NCBI GenBank assembly: GCA_963817955.1
Contig: CAWFQK010000002.1
Coordinates: 1,024,001 to 1,088,000 of the forward strand
Origin: an uncultured Gemmatimonadaceae bacterium
Lineage (GTDB): Bacteria; Gemmatimonadota; Gemmatimonadetes; Gemmatimonadales; Gemmatimonadaceae
Direction: 5' to 3'
DNA: 64,000 nt
Shown here: in pieces, positions 18,157 through 27,405 of the stretch
Layout of the letters: each line of letters begins with the position of its first letter
How positions within the stretch are numbered: position 1 is the stretch's first letter
Program-made: the position numbers and the translations under genes
Notes under the pieces: model-generated
What the model was told of the DNA's origin: nothing
Seen by the model: only the letters and a program-made list of their open reading frames with translations
The model's database searches: none

Positions 18157-18719
18157 GCGCGAGCGGGTTCGCGCGTCTCCACCTCCGTGACGCCGCCGGA
18201 GATGATGAACGCCATCACGTCCGCGGCGTCGGCGTTGATCCGCTCCACGCGGTTCGCCGGCACCACGAGAATGTGGCCGGCGAATCCGTAGGATTGCGGC
18301 ATGTACACCGTCACGAGATCGGCCATGCCGAGCGGCGCCAGTGAATCCGACGTGAGGAACGCCAAAACCTTCAGGGTACCGTCACCGGTGAGCGACACGA
18401 GCACTGGCTTGTCGAACCGTCGTTTCTCGCCAACGAAAGCGTTCAACATGTCCTTCGCTGAGGAATACAGCAGTCGGACGAACGGGAGCCGGTCGAACAC
18501 ACGGTCGAGTGACGCGACGACGCTCCGAGTGATGATGCTCGACGCGGTGAAGCCAACCAGCGTGATGAGTGCAAGCGCCAGAAGGAATCCAATGCCGCGG
18601 ATCGGCAATCCGAGCCAGCTATCGATGGTGGTGAAGATCATGACGCACACATAGACCGTGAGCGCCAGCGGCACCACCACGACGAGACCGCGCAGAAAAT
18701 AATTGAGGAGGCGGGACAT
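18153..18719 (-). CDS. DUF502 membrane protein
   Basis: YFLRGLVVVVPLALT, RLPFVRLLYSSAKD, VYMPQSY, FIISGG; ATGA overlap with SET gene. Confidence 0.85.
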   Translation of the reverse strand: MSRLLNYFLRGLVVVVPLALTVYVCVMIFTTIDSWLGLPIRGIGFLLALALITLVGFTASSIITRSVVASLDRVFDRLPFVRLLYSSAKDMLNAFVGEKRRFDKPVLVSLTGDGTLKVLAFLTSDSLAPLGMADLVTVYMPQSYGFAGHILVVPANRVERINADAADVMAFIISGGVTEVETREPARA

Positions 18720-18840
18720 GCCCTAGAAGCTAAGGCCGCTGCGGCTTTGCGTCGCGATGGCCCTCCCCTTGCCCTCACTGTGCCTGGCGCGGCGCGACGA
18801 TTCCGACAACCACCCATTAACCACCCATGAGGTCGTGACA

Positions 18841-19098
18841 ATGGGCAAGCGTGACGGGCAGCAGAAGGGAGAACAACAGCACGACGAAGGGCAGCATGGC
18901 GAGAAGACGCATGCCGCCTTCATCGACGACCTGCACGGGCGCCATGGCGGAAGCGAAGAGTCCGAGGGTGCGCCGCAAGCCGAGAATGATGCTGAGCTCT
19001 CAGACCGGCCGATTGCCGGACACCATCGCCTTTTTGAAGAGCGCGAGCAGCACGATGAAGCCGAAAAGAATAGCGAAGCCAACCGGCTCCGCCGCTGA
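18841..19098 (+). CDS. Small His/Glu-rich hydrophilic protein (85 aa)
   Basis: GAGG RBS before ATG 18841; MGKRDGQQKGEQQHDEGQHG... Confidence 0.6.
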   Translation: MGKRDGQQKGEQQHDEGQHGEKTHAAFIDDLHGRHGGSEESEGAPQAENDAELSDRPIAGHHRLFEEREQHDEAEKNSEANRLRR

Positions 19099-19813
19099 TT
19101 TCCTTCCGCTGCGGCCAACCCTCTCGACGCTTCGCACCGCGGCGGAACACTGCCGCGGTTGCGATCTCTTCATGCTCGGCACCCAGACGGTGTTCGGCGA
19201 AGGGCCGAGCGATGCGCGCGTCGTTCTGGTAGGCGAGCAACCTGGTGACCAGGAGGACCGGGCCGGGCGACCGTTCGTCGGCCCCTCCGGCGCGCTGCTC
19301 GACCGCGCATTGGCCGCCGCGGGCATTGCGCGGGAAGACGTCTACGTCACGAACGCAGTCAAACATTTCAAATGGGCAAAGGACGCACGTACCAAGCGGC
19401 GCATTCACAAGTCGCCAAACGTCGGGGAGATTCGAGCCTGCTTTCCCTGGTTGGCCAACGAGATCGCGCTGTTGAAGCCCGACGTCATCGTCTGTCTCGG
19501 CGCCATCGCAGCCAAGACGCTGCTCGGCCGAACGTTCAGCGTGATGAAATCCCGGGGCGTCGCCGTGAAATCGGAGTGGGCCGCGGCGGTGTTCGCCACG
19601 GTTCATCCGTCGGCCGTGCTGCGCGCCCCGCGCGAACAACGGGTCCTGGCAGAGCGACTCTTCACGGCCGACATGCGCAGTGTTGGTCGCTATCTGGCAC
19701 AACACACTGACGACGGGCGCACCGGCCGCCGACCCCGTACATTTGCGGCATGGCCACTTATCGATCGTCAGTCACCTACCTCAAGCGCGCCGACCCGGTC
19801 CTCGCGCGCGTAA
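19055..19813 (+). CDS. udgX: UdgX family uracil-DNA binding protein
   Basis: CRGC, GEQPG, VKHFK, KRRIH R-loop, IRAC, HPSAVLR; start uncertain. Confidence 0.88.
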   Translation: MKPKRIAKPTGSAADFLPLRPTLSTLRTAAEHCRGCDLFMLGTQTVFGEGPSDARVVLVGEQPGDQEDRAGRPFVGPSGALLDRALAAAGIAREDVYVTNAVKHFKWAKDARTKRRIHKSPNVGEIRACFPWLANEIALLKPDVIVCLGAIAAKTLLGRTFSVMKSRGVAVKSEWAAAVFATVHPSAVLRAPREQRVLAERLFTADMRSVGRYLAQHTDDGRTGRRPRTFAAWPLIDRQSPTSSAPTRSSRA

Positions 19814-20382
19814 TCGAGGCCGTTGGACCGTGCCGGCTGCAGCTTCGCACGGACGGCACGCACTACGAGGCTCTCACGCGATCGATCGTGTTTCAGCAGC
19901 TCTCGGGCAAAGCCGCGGGAACCATTTTCTCGCGATTCAACGCTTTGTACCCTGACGCCTCTCCCACACCGACACAGGTGCTCGACACGGACGATGAACG
20001 GCTCCGTGCCGTCGGGCTCTCGCGACAGAAGATCGGATACCTGAGAGATCTTTCAACGAAGATCGCGACCGGCGAATTGACCCTCGATGCCGTCGAACAC
20101 ATGAGCGACGATGATCTCATCGCGCACCTGATTCAGGTGAAAGGCATCGGCCGCTGGACGGCGCAGATGTTCCTCATGTTCCGGCTCGGCCGATCGGACG
20201 TGTTACCCGAGCTGGACCTCGGCATTCAAAACGCCATTCACCGTGCCTACCGCACGCGCACACGGCCCACGCCCAAACAGGTCAAGAAGATCGGCGCCAA
20301 GTGGACACCGCACAGTACCGTCGCGTGTTGGTACCTCTGGCGCTCGCTCGATAACGGAGACGGACAGCTCGGTACGGACTGA
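19750..20382 (+). CDS. DNA-3-methyladenine glycosylase, AlkA/HhH-GPD type
   Basis: SIVFQQLSGKAA, GLSRQK, VKGIGRWTAQMFLMF, ELDLG, WYLWRS. Confidence 0.9.
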   Translation: MATYRSSVTYLKRADPVLARVIEAVGPCRLQLRTDGTHYEALTRSIVFQQLSGKAAGTIFSRFNALYPDASPTPTQVLDTDDERLRAVGLSRQKIGYLRDLSTKIATGELTLDAVEHMSDDDLIAHLIQVKGIGRWTAQMFLMFRLGRSDVLPELDLGIQNAIHRAYRTRTRPTPKQVKKIGAKWTPHSTVACWYLWRSLDNGDGQLGTD

Positions 20383-20506
20383 ACCGTGGACGCGCGGTTG
20401 GTGTGAGGCTGATACTCGCGGGTACGTCGCTCGTCTGATTACAGGACAGATCGGCATACGGAAGCGATGACGCCTCCATCAGCAAACACAGACTGCGCCA
20501 GAAGCC

Positions 20507-22888
20507 ATGGCGCCGCGTTCAGTGCTTTCTCTCGAGCGTAAGCTTCCACTGCTGATTTTCGGCATCCTCGCCGTGGTGCTCGCCGCAACGCTGGGCGCAT
20601 CCTACTACGAGATCCGCCGATCGGCAGAGATCGCCGCGGCTGATCGCCTGTCCAGCTTGTCACAGGTGCTCGCGTCCTCCGTGCAGCAGCAAACTGCGAC
20701 ACGGCTCGCGACCATGCACCGCGCGGCGGCGGATACGGCGATCATCGCGGCGTTCCGCACGCCTGCGCAGAAGCCGATGGAAGCGGACGCGGCCCTGTCG
20801 GCTCTCAGAATGGGGAACGACAGCGCCAATCCGCTTCAACTGGTCACACGCGATGGACGCGTCGTGGGCGAACTGCGGTCGACGACGCCGGCGGAACTCG
20901 AACACCTCCGCGACGAGTTGCGTTCGTTCGCCAGATCGCCCGATAGTAGTCACATCGGCCCCCTCTTCGTCGAGAACGGCCGCGCATCCTACTGGATCGC
21001 CGTGCCCGTCAGTCAGCGTGGACGTGTCATAGGCTACCTGGCGCAGGAAAGACGCGTCAATAGCAATCCGCGCTCGCTGCAACCATTACGCGACTTGATC
21101 GGCGCGGACATCGCGTTGTATTACCGCAACGCGAGCGACGACCTCTGGGTAGAGCTCAGCGGCACCGTGACGTCGCCGCCGACGCATGTCTACGCATATG
21201 GCAACCTGAAGGTCATGACGCACGCGTCGTCTGGACCGGCGCTCGCCGCGACCGTGCCGGTCAGTGGCACACCATTCATGATGACGCTCGAGTACCCGAT
21301 GCAAGCGATGTACGAGCGCCCTCGTGCCATGATCCGAGCCCTCGCGGAAATGGCCGTTCTACTCGCCGTCGTCGGCGCCGCCTTGGCCTGGATCATCAGC
21401 CGCCGTTTCACACGGCCGCTGGTCGAGTTGACGGGCGCCGCCGAAGCGATGGCCCACGGACGCTATTCGCAGCGCGTCGAGACGCGCGGCCGTGACGAGA
21501 TCGGACGGCTTGGAACGTCGTTCAATCGGATGGCCGAACAGGTGCAAGTCTCCTCGGACGCCTCGGCGCTCGCGGTCCAGCGGCTCACACGATCGGTGAC
21601 GACACAGGAATTCCTCGCCGAAGCAAGCCGGATTCTCGCTTCATCTCTGTCCGACGAATCATTGCTTCCCGACCTTGCACGCTACTGCGTGCCGACGCTG
21701 GCCGACTATTGCAGCATTCACGTGTTGGACGGCGACAGCGCGCTACGCCGCGTCGAGACCGCGCACTACGACGCGGCCCAGCAAGGTGCCGTACGCGAGC
21801 TGGTCCAACGGTATCAGCACAGCGTCAACGGCGACGGCCCGGTACCGGAGGTCATGCGATCACAGCGAGCCCTACTGGTTCCACGCGTGGATCGCGCGGC
21901 GGTAGCTGCGCAGGCGGCCGATTCGTCCACACATAGTCTGCTCGAAATCGTCGGCCCGACGTCTTTCCTGTGCGTCCCACTCATCGCGCGCGGCCGCGCG
22001 CTCGGCGCAATTTCGTTCACAATGACTGATTCCGGTCGTGTGTTCGGCGAGGAGGACGTCGAAGTCGCCATGGAGCTCGGACGCCGCACAGCGGTCGCGA
22101 TCGACAACGCGATCATGTATCGCACGTCGCTCGCCCTGCGCGCCGAAGCGGAAGCAGCGAGTAACGCGAAATCAGAGTTTCTGGCGAAGATGAGCCATGA
22201 GATCCGCACGCCGATCAATGCAATGCTGGGCTATGCAGAGTTGCTCCAACTGGAAATCGCCGGCCCCATCAATGCGACGCAGGGCAAACAGCTCTCGCGG
22301 ATCCGCACGAGCGGCGATCATCTCACGACCCTCGTGAACGAGATCCTCGACCTGGCGAAGATCGAGGCCGGTCGGATGAGTCTCGATCCGAGAGTTGGGA
22401 TTGCCAGCGACGCTGCAGAGTCCGCCCTCTCGCTGGTGCGGCCGGCCGCCGACGCGAAGGGTGTGCACATCGAGCCGACGATTGGCGGGGAGCCGTTGGC
22501 GCAGTACGTTGGCGATCCCCAGCGGGTTCAGCAAATCCTCACGAACTTGCTTTCGAACGCAGTGAAGTTCACGCCTGCAGGCGGCCATGTTTCGGTGCGG
22601 TGCGGGCGCGACCGGCGCAAGGATCTGCCGGACGACGAAACGCAGCGCCAATGGGCCTGCCTGGCCGTGGAGGACACAGGGATCGGCATCTCTCCGGACG
22701 ACATTCGGCGGATCTTCCAACCGTTTGTCCAGGTGCAGAACGGGTATACGCGCTCGCACGGCGGAACCGGCCTCGGCCTATCGATTAGCCGAAACCTTGC
22801 CCAGATGATGGGCGGAGACATCACGGTGAGCAGCGTGCCCGGAGAAGGATCGCGTTTCGTGCTTTGGCTGCCGGCGGCAGCTGCCTGA
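20507..22888 (+). CDS. Membrane sensor histidine kinase (periplasmic-HAMP-GAF-HisKA-HATPase)
   Basis: Two TMs, DEIGRLGTSFNRMA, GAF, MSHEIRTP, NLLSNAVKFT, DTGIG, GGTGLGL. Confidence 0.92.
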   Translation: MAPRSVLSLERKLPLLIFGILAVVLAATLGASYYEIRRSAEIAAADRLSSLSQVLASSVQQQTATRLATMHRAAADTAIIAAFRTPAQKPMEADAALSALRMGNDSANPLQLVTRDGRVVGELRSTTPAELEHLRDELRSFARSPDSSHIGPLFVENGRASYWIAVPVSQRGRVIGYLAQERRVNSNPRSLQPLRDLIGADIALYYRNASDDLWVELSGTVTSPPTHVYAYGNLKVMTHASSGPALAATVPVSGTPFMMTLEYPMQAMYERPRAMIRALAEMAVLLAVVGAALAWIISRRFTRPLVELTGAAEAMAHGRYSQRVETRGRDEIGRLGTSFNRMAEQVQVSSDASALAVQRLTRSVTTQEFLAEASRILASSLSDESLLPDLARYCVPTLADYCSIHVLDGDSALRRVETAHYDAAQQGAVRELVQRYQHSVNGDGPVPEVMRSQRALLVPRVDRAAVAAQAADSSTHSLLEIVGPTSFLCVPLIARGRALGAISFTMTDSGRVFGEEDVEVAMELGRRTAVAIDNAIMYRTSLALRAEAEAASNAKSEFLAKMSHEIRTPINAMLGYAELLQLEIAGPINATQGKQLSRIRTSGDHLTTLVNEILDLAKIEAGRMSLDPRVGIASDAAESALSLVRPAADAKGVHIEPTIGGEPLAQYVGDPQRVQQILTNLLSNAVKFTPAGGHVSVRCGRDRRKDLPDDETQRQWACLAVEDTGIGISPDDIRRIFQPFVQVQNGYTRSHGGTGLGLSISRNLAQMMGGDITVSSVPGEGSRFVLWLPAAAA

Positions 22889-22923
22889 ACGAAGCCTGGG
22901 CAGAGGCAACCTATCGCTCCACG

Positions 22924-23571
22924 TCAGGTGTCACCGAGCAGCGCAGTGCATGTCAGGCTTACAGCCGCACCGAGCAGCCATCCGCCGACGACATCCGTGG
23001 CCCAGTGATCGTCGGCGATCACACGGTACGCGCCCATCGCGGCTGGCGGTCCGAGGCCAATCGCTACCGCGGCCGGCGTGGAGAGCAAACCGCGGCGATG
23101 GAGGATGCGAGCAGTCGTGAGCGCGAGCGCGGTGGCACCCGTGGTATGGCCGCTGGGATAACTATCGGTGCGCCGCCGCGTGCCACGACGATGGGGCCGC
23201 GCGCGATGAAAGACCAATTTCACGCCGCGATGCGCGAGCCAGCCGACCCATGCTGACGTAACGATCGCTGGGCCGCCGCGCGCCTGCCGACGCCTCATCA
23301 AGTGGGCTGTTGCGTAGGCGATCGTGAGGCAGCCGCCCGGCAGACCGATGGGATACAGTGGTGAGAGCGCCCGCGCCGTCGCTCGGACCGACGGACGCCG
23401 TGCCGCGCCGCGCACACGCTCGTCGAGCAAGGGCGGTGACGCAGGATTCAATCCCTTGGCGAGTAATGCAACCGCGCCAAAGGCCGCTGCAGCAAGCGCG
23501 ATCTGCGGCGTGGCACTGGCCGAGACGCGCCGAACCGATCTTCCAACGATTCGAGGTTCTGGCACGCTCAC
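22924..23571 (-). CDS. PAP2 family phosphatase
   Basis: KLVFHRARP, SYPSGH, YRVIADDHWATDV. Confidence 0.85.
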   Translation of the reverse strand: MSVPEPRIVGRSVRRVSASATPQIALAAAAFGAVALLAKGLNPASPPLLDERVRGAARRPSVRATARALSPLYPIGLPGGCLTIAYATAHLMRRRQARGGPAIVTSAWVGWLAHRGVKLVFHRARPHRRGTRRRTDSYPSGHTTGATALALTTARILHRRGLLSTPAAVAIGLGPPAAMGAYRVIADDHWATDVVGGWLLGAAVSLTCTALLGDT

Positions 23572-23621
23572 GGCTCATGCACGCGCCGAGCCAGAGCGAG
23601 CCGAGCACGGGCAATAACAAA

Positions 23622-24899
23622 TCATCTTTCGTTCTTGTAGACCTTCCCCCCCTTCATCACGAACATCACGCGGCGCAACGCGGTGATGTCTTTCGTCGGA
23701 TCACCCTGCACCGCTATGAGATCCGCCTGCATGCCCGGCGCGATGCTGCCGATCTGATCGCCCAGTCCAAGCGCCTCGGCGCCGAGTGAGGTGGCGGAGG
23801 TGATCGCTTCCAGCGGCGTTTGGCCGCCCGCCTGAACGCGGCAGACCAGCTCCTCGGCGTTACGACCGTGCGCGCCGGCCACCGCATCCGTGCCAAACAC
23901 CACTTTCAACCCGGGTGTCTTCAGCGCGCGCTTGAACATCTCGGTTGCCGTGGGGATCGCTTTCTCCATCGATGCGAAGCCCGCCTCGTTGTAGTTGCCA
24001 ATGCCTTCATACTTCGCGCGATTGTCCAGATAATTTCGGAATACCAGGCAAATCTGCGGATCGAAATAGACGCCGCGATCGGCCATCAGTTTCAGCACGT
24101 CATCGTTGGCGAACACGCCATGGTCGACCTGGCTGCAGCCGGCGAGAACTGCCGCCTGAATGCTCTCCGAGCTGTGTGCGTGCACCATGGTTCGCAGCCC
24201 TTGTGCCTTGGCCTCGCCGCAGATGGCCTGGAGCTGCTCGGCGGTCATCGTGAGCGCGCCACCGTCGCGGATGCTCGCCGATGCGAAGATCTTGATGAAG
24301 TCCGCGCCCTCCGCCTTACGCTTCCGCACGAGCGCGCGCAGCGAATCGGGCGTGAGACGTGTCGGGCTGTTGAAGGGATTCAAAGACGTGATGACGCGCG
24401 GCCCCGGGATCTGCCCGAGCGCAATCCACTCACGCAGATCCTTGTCTTCCGCCGAGCCCGGACTCTGAACGGTCGTGAAGCCCGCCATCAGCGTGGCATA
24501 CGCATTCCCTGCCGTGGACAGCATCGACTCTACCGGCGTGTCGCCGTCCCCTCGCGTGTGGTAACGCCCCTGGCGATTGAAGTACCAGGTGAGATGGGAA
24601 TGTCCATCGATCATCCCGGGGAGCAGCGTGAGCCCCTTCAGATCGTACGTGGCCGCGCCGGTCGCGGCCTTCTCCAATTTCGAGATCTTGCCGTCTTGCA
24701 CGATGACACTGCCACCGTGGATGACATGACCCTTGCCGTCGAGAATTTGATCGGCATGGATGACGATGGGCTTCGGCAACGCCGAGGGAGTCATGACGGG
24801 GGCCTGCGCGAGGGAAGGGGGCGGCGGCGACAACAAGCAACAGAGAGCGCATTGAGTAATCCAATGAATGACGACGCGAGAGCTTACGCTCATCGGCAC
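23622..24899 (-). CDS. Secreted amidohydrolase (Xaa-Pro dipeptidase-like)
   Basis: PGMIDGHSH, GADFIKI, MVHAH, DHG, FGTDA, GMQADLIAV; start uncertain. Confidence 0.88.
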   Translation of the reverse strand: MPMSVSSRVVIHWITQCALCCLLSPPPPSLAQAPVMTPSALPKPIVIHADQILDGKGHVIHGGSVIVQDGKISKLEKAATGAATYDLKGLTLLPGMIDGHSHLTWYFNRQGRYHTRGDGDTPVESMLSTAGNAYATLMAGFTTVQSPGSAEDKDLREWIALGQIPGPRVITSLNPFNSPTRLTPDSLRALVRKRKAEGADFIKIFASASIRDGGALTMTAEQLQAICGEAKAQGLRTMVHAHSSESIQAAVLAGCSQVDHGVFANDDVLKLMADRGVYFDPQICLVFRNYLDNRAKYEGIGNYNEAGFASMEKAIPTATEMFKRALKTPGLKVVFGTDAVAGAHGRNAEELVCRVQAGGQTPLEAITSATSLGAEALGLGDQIGSIAPGMQADLIAVQGDPTKDITALRRVMFVMKGGKVYKNER

Positions 24900-24959
24900 T
24901 CAGAATCCAGATGCGCCTCCGCACAAGCGATGTCAGACTCGCCCGGCGTCGACCTTCCC

Positions 24960-26054
24960 TCAGGCCGACAGGGCGGCCGGGTGCGCGATGTAGTACCCCT
25001 GCACGTATGTCGCACCGCGCTCACGATTCCACGCCAACTCCTCGCTCGTTTCCACACCTTCGGCGATCGTTTCGATATGCAGGCGGACGGCCAGATCCAT
25101 CAGCCGCTCGGCGTCGCCGAGATGTGGAAGTGGCGACGTGCGCACTCGTTCCATGTCCAGCTTGATGTAATCCGGACGTACTTCGCTCACGAGGTGGCGC
25201 GAGTAGTCGGCACATCCAATGTCGTCCAGCGCGACGCGGAACCCTGCCTGCCGTACTGAATCGACGACGGCACGAAGCTGCCGCACGTCGCTCGCATCCT
25301 CGGCGTCGGTCACCTCGAAGACCACGCGCTCGCGCGCAAGGTCAGCGGCATCGATCGCTTCGATGGTTGGCACCAGCGCATGGACGCCTTCGCGTACTGC
25401 GTCCACCGTAAAGTTGAGGAAGAGCTGTTGTCGGTCGTCGTAGGTTCCGGCGGAGCGGATCGCCGAACGTCGCGCCGCACAGTCCAGTTCCGGCACCATG
25501 CCGCAACCGCGAGCCGCATGGAACAGCGGACCCGGCGACATCGTTCGTCCGTCTTGGCCAATCCCCCGGACGAACGCTTCATAGCCGAACACATGCGACG
25601 TCTCATCGGCACGCACGATCGGCTGAAAGACGCTCGTCAACCGGTCACCGCGCAAGATTTCAACGAACCACGACGACACGTGGATCTGCCGCAGTTCGTG
25701 AATGGTGCGTACACGGTGAATGTCATCGACCTCGAGATCATCAGCGCCGATCTTGAAGACGCACCGCGTATCCGCGCCTTCGTCCATCGTCAGAAAGTCG
25801 GCGAGATCGAGCAGCAGCTCTTCCGGATAGCCTTCCGGCGCATCGACCGTCAGCGCGCCCGTCGCCGTCATCGTGAACGGACGATCGAGCTGGACGAGGT
25901 AACGACGGACCTTCCGCAACGCGAGTCCGACCGGGAACCAAAGGAACAATCGCCCCGGTTCGACGGTCCGTGACGGCGCATCGTCATATCCGCCAGGTAC
26001 AACTGCGAGCCGTACCATGTCGCCCCGGACCCGTGGTGAGTGAAGGTGCTGCAT
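24960..26054 (-). CDS. EAL domain protein (partly degenerate)
   Basis: VFQPIV, YEAFVR, LFLNF, ALDDIG, YIKLD, AEGVET, VQGYY; start uncertain. Confidence 0.85.
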   Translation of the reverse strand: MQHLHSPRVRGDMVRLAVVPGGYDDAPSRTVEPGRLFLWFPVGLALRKVRRYLVQLDRPFTMTATGALTVDAPEGYPEELLLDLADFLTMDEGADTRCVFKIGADDLEVDDIHRVRTIHELRQIHVSSWFVEILRGDRLTSVFQPIVRADETSHVFGYEAFVRGIGQDGRTMSPGPLFHAARGCGMVPELDCAARRSAIRSAGTYDDRQQLFLNFTVDAVREGVHALVPTIEAIDAADLARERVVFEVTDAEDASDVRQLRAVVDSVRQAGFRVALDDIGCADYSRHLVSEVRPDYIKLDMERVRTSPLPHLGDAERLMDLAVRLHIETIAEGVETSEELAWNRERGATYVQGYYIAHPAALSA

Positions 26055-26128
26055 TCACTCATCAGTATCGGCCCCGCGGGGACACGACTTTATGTCAGTC
26101 GCTGGCTGCTCCTAGCGGTCGGCCCGCA

Positions 26129-26164
26129 GTTCATAGAGATCCTTCGCTTCGCTCAGGATGACAG
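26129..26164. repeat. 36-nt REP-like palindromic repeat, copy 1
   Basis: GTTCATAGAGATCCTTCGCTTCGCTCAGGATGACAG; 34/36 identical to 45819..45854; ATCCT/AGGAT stem. Confidence 0.85.
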
Positions 26165-26183
26165 GCTGTCGCGTGTCGCGTCC

Positions 26184-26218
26184 GTGTCTCGTGTCCCGTG
26201 TCCCGTGTCCCGTGTCTC
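26184..26218 (-). repeat. Heptamer array of 5 units directly after the thiolase stop
   Basis: Plus strand GTGTCTC, GTGTCCC x3, GTGTCTC; two degenerate units at 26166-26179. Confidence 0.9.
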
Positions 26219-26219
26219 A

Positions 26220-27389
26220 CTAGGCCCCGTACACCTCGAACAGCCCGGCGGCGCCCATGCCTCCGCCAATGCACATCGTCACCATCCCAATACCGCCGCC
26301 GCGACGGCCCAGCTCGTGGACAACCTGCGTCGTGAGCTTTGCGCCAGTAGCACCGAGCGGGTGGCCGAGTGCGATCGCGCCGCCGTTCACGTTCACCTTG
26401 TCCTCGGGAATGCCGAGGTCCCGCACCACTGCCACGACTTGCGCGGCAAAGGCCTCGTTGAATTCCACGAGATCGACGTCGGCCATGGTCATACCGGCGC
26501 GCTTCAGCGCTTTCGGAACCGCCTTGATTGGTCCCACACCCATGATGTCCGGTTCCACGCCGGCAGCCGCGAAGGTGATGAATCGCGCGAGCGGCTTCAT
26601 CCCCAATGCCTTCGCGCGTTCGGCGGTCATCAACAACACTGCCGCCGCGCCATCGCTGTACGGACTCGCGTTGCCAGCCGTCACGGTGCCGTTTGCCTTG
26701 AACGCCGGGCGTAGCTTCGAGAGCGCTTCGATGGTCGTGTCGGACCGCGGCAGCTCATCGCGCACGAACGCCACTTGCGTCACCGTCTTCTCCACGCCAT
26801 TCCACGCAACCTGTTCCACGGGGACTGGCACGATCTGCCCGGCGAATCGGCCGTCTGCGAGTGCCTTCGTCGCCTTCTGCTGACTCTCAAGCGCCCAGCG
26901 GTCCTGATCCTCGCGCGTCACCTTCCAGCGTTCGGCGACCCGTTCGGCCGTGAAGCCCATCCCGATGTACGACTCGGTGAGATCGGCGTCGAGCCGCGTG
27001 TGATACCCGGACATCGGCACCTGGCTCATCATCTCGACGCCGCCGGCCAGCACGACGTCCGCCATGTCGCTCATGATCTCCTGCGCGCCGAGCGCGATCG
27101 ACTGCAGTCCCGACGAGCAGAAACGATTGATCGTCGCAGCCGGTACTTCGACCGGTAGTCCGGCGCGCAACCATGATAGTCGTGCGACATTCAACCCCTG
27201 CGTCGCCTCGGGCATCGCGCAGCCCCAGAAGACATCGTCGACGATGTTGGCCTCGACGCCCGCCTTCTCGATCGCAGCGCGCATGAGGCGCGCCGACAGG
27301 TCGACGGCATGCACGTTCGCCAGCGCCCCGTCCTTCTTGCCCTTGGCGACCGGGCTCCGCACGGCCGACACTATTACGACTTCTTTCAT
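26220..27389 (-). CDS. fadA: Acetyl-CoA C-acyltransferase (thiolase)
   Basis: [29 protein letters not shown]. Confidence 0.95.
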   Translation of the reverse strand: MKEVVIVSAVRSPVAKGKKDGALANVHAVDLSARLMRAAIEKAGVEANIVDDVFWGCAMPEATQGLNVARLSWLRAGLPVEVPAATINRFCSSGLQSIALGAQEIMSDMADVVLAGGVEMMSQVPMSGYHTRLDADLTESYIGMGFTAERVAERWKVTREDQDRWALESQQKATKALADGRFAGQIVPVPVEQVAWNGVEKTVTQVAFVRDELPRSDTTIEALSKLRPAFKANGTVTAGNASPYSDGAAAVLLMTAERAKALGMKPLARFITFAAAGVEPDIMGVGPIKAVPKALKRAGMTMADVDLVEFNEAFAAQVVAVVRDLGIPEDKVNVNGGAIALGHPLGATGAKLTTQVVHELGRRGGGIGMVTMCIGGGMGAAGLFEVYGA

Positions 27390-27405
27390 GTCTCTGCCTC
27401 CAGTG

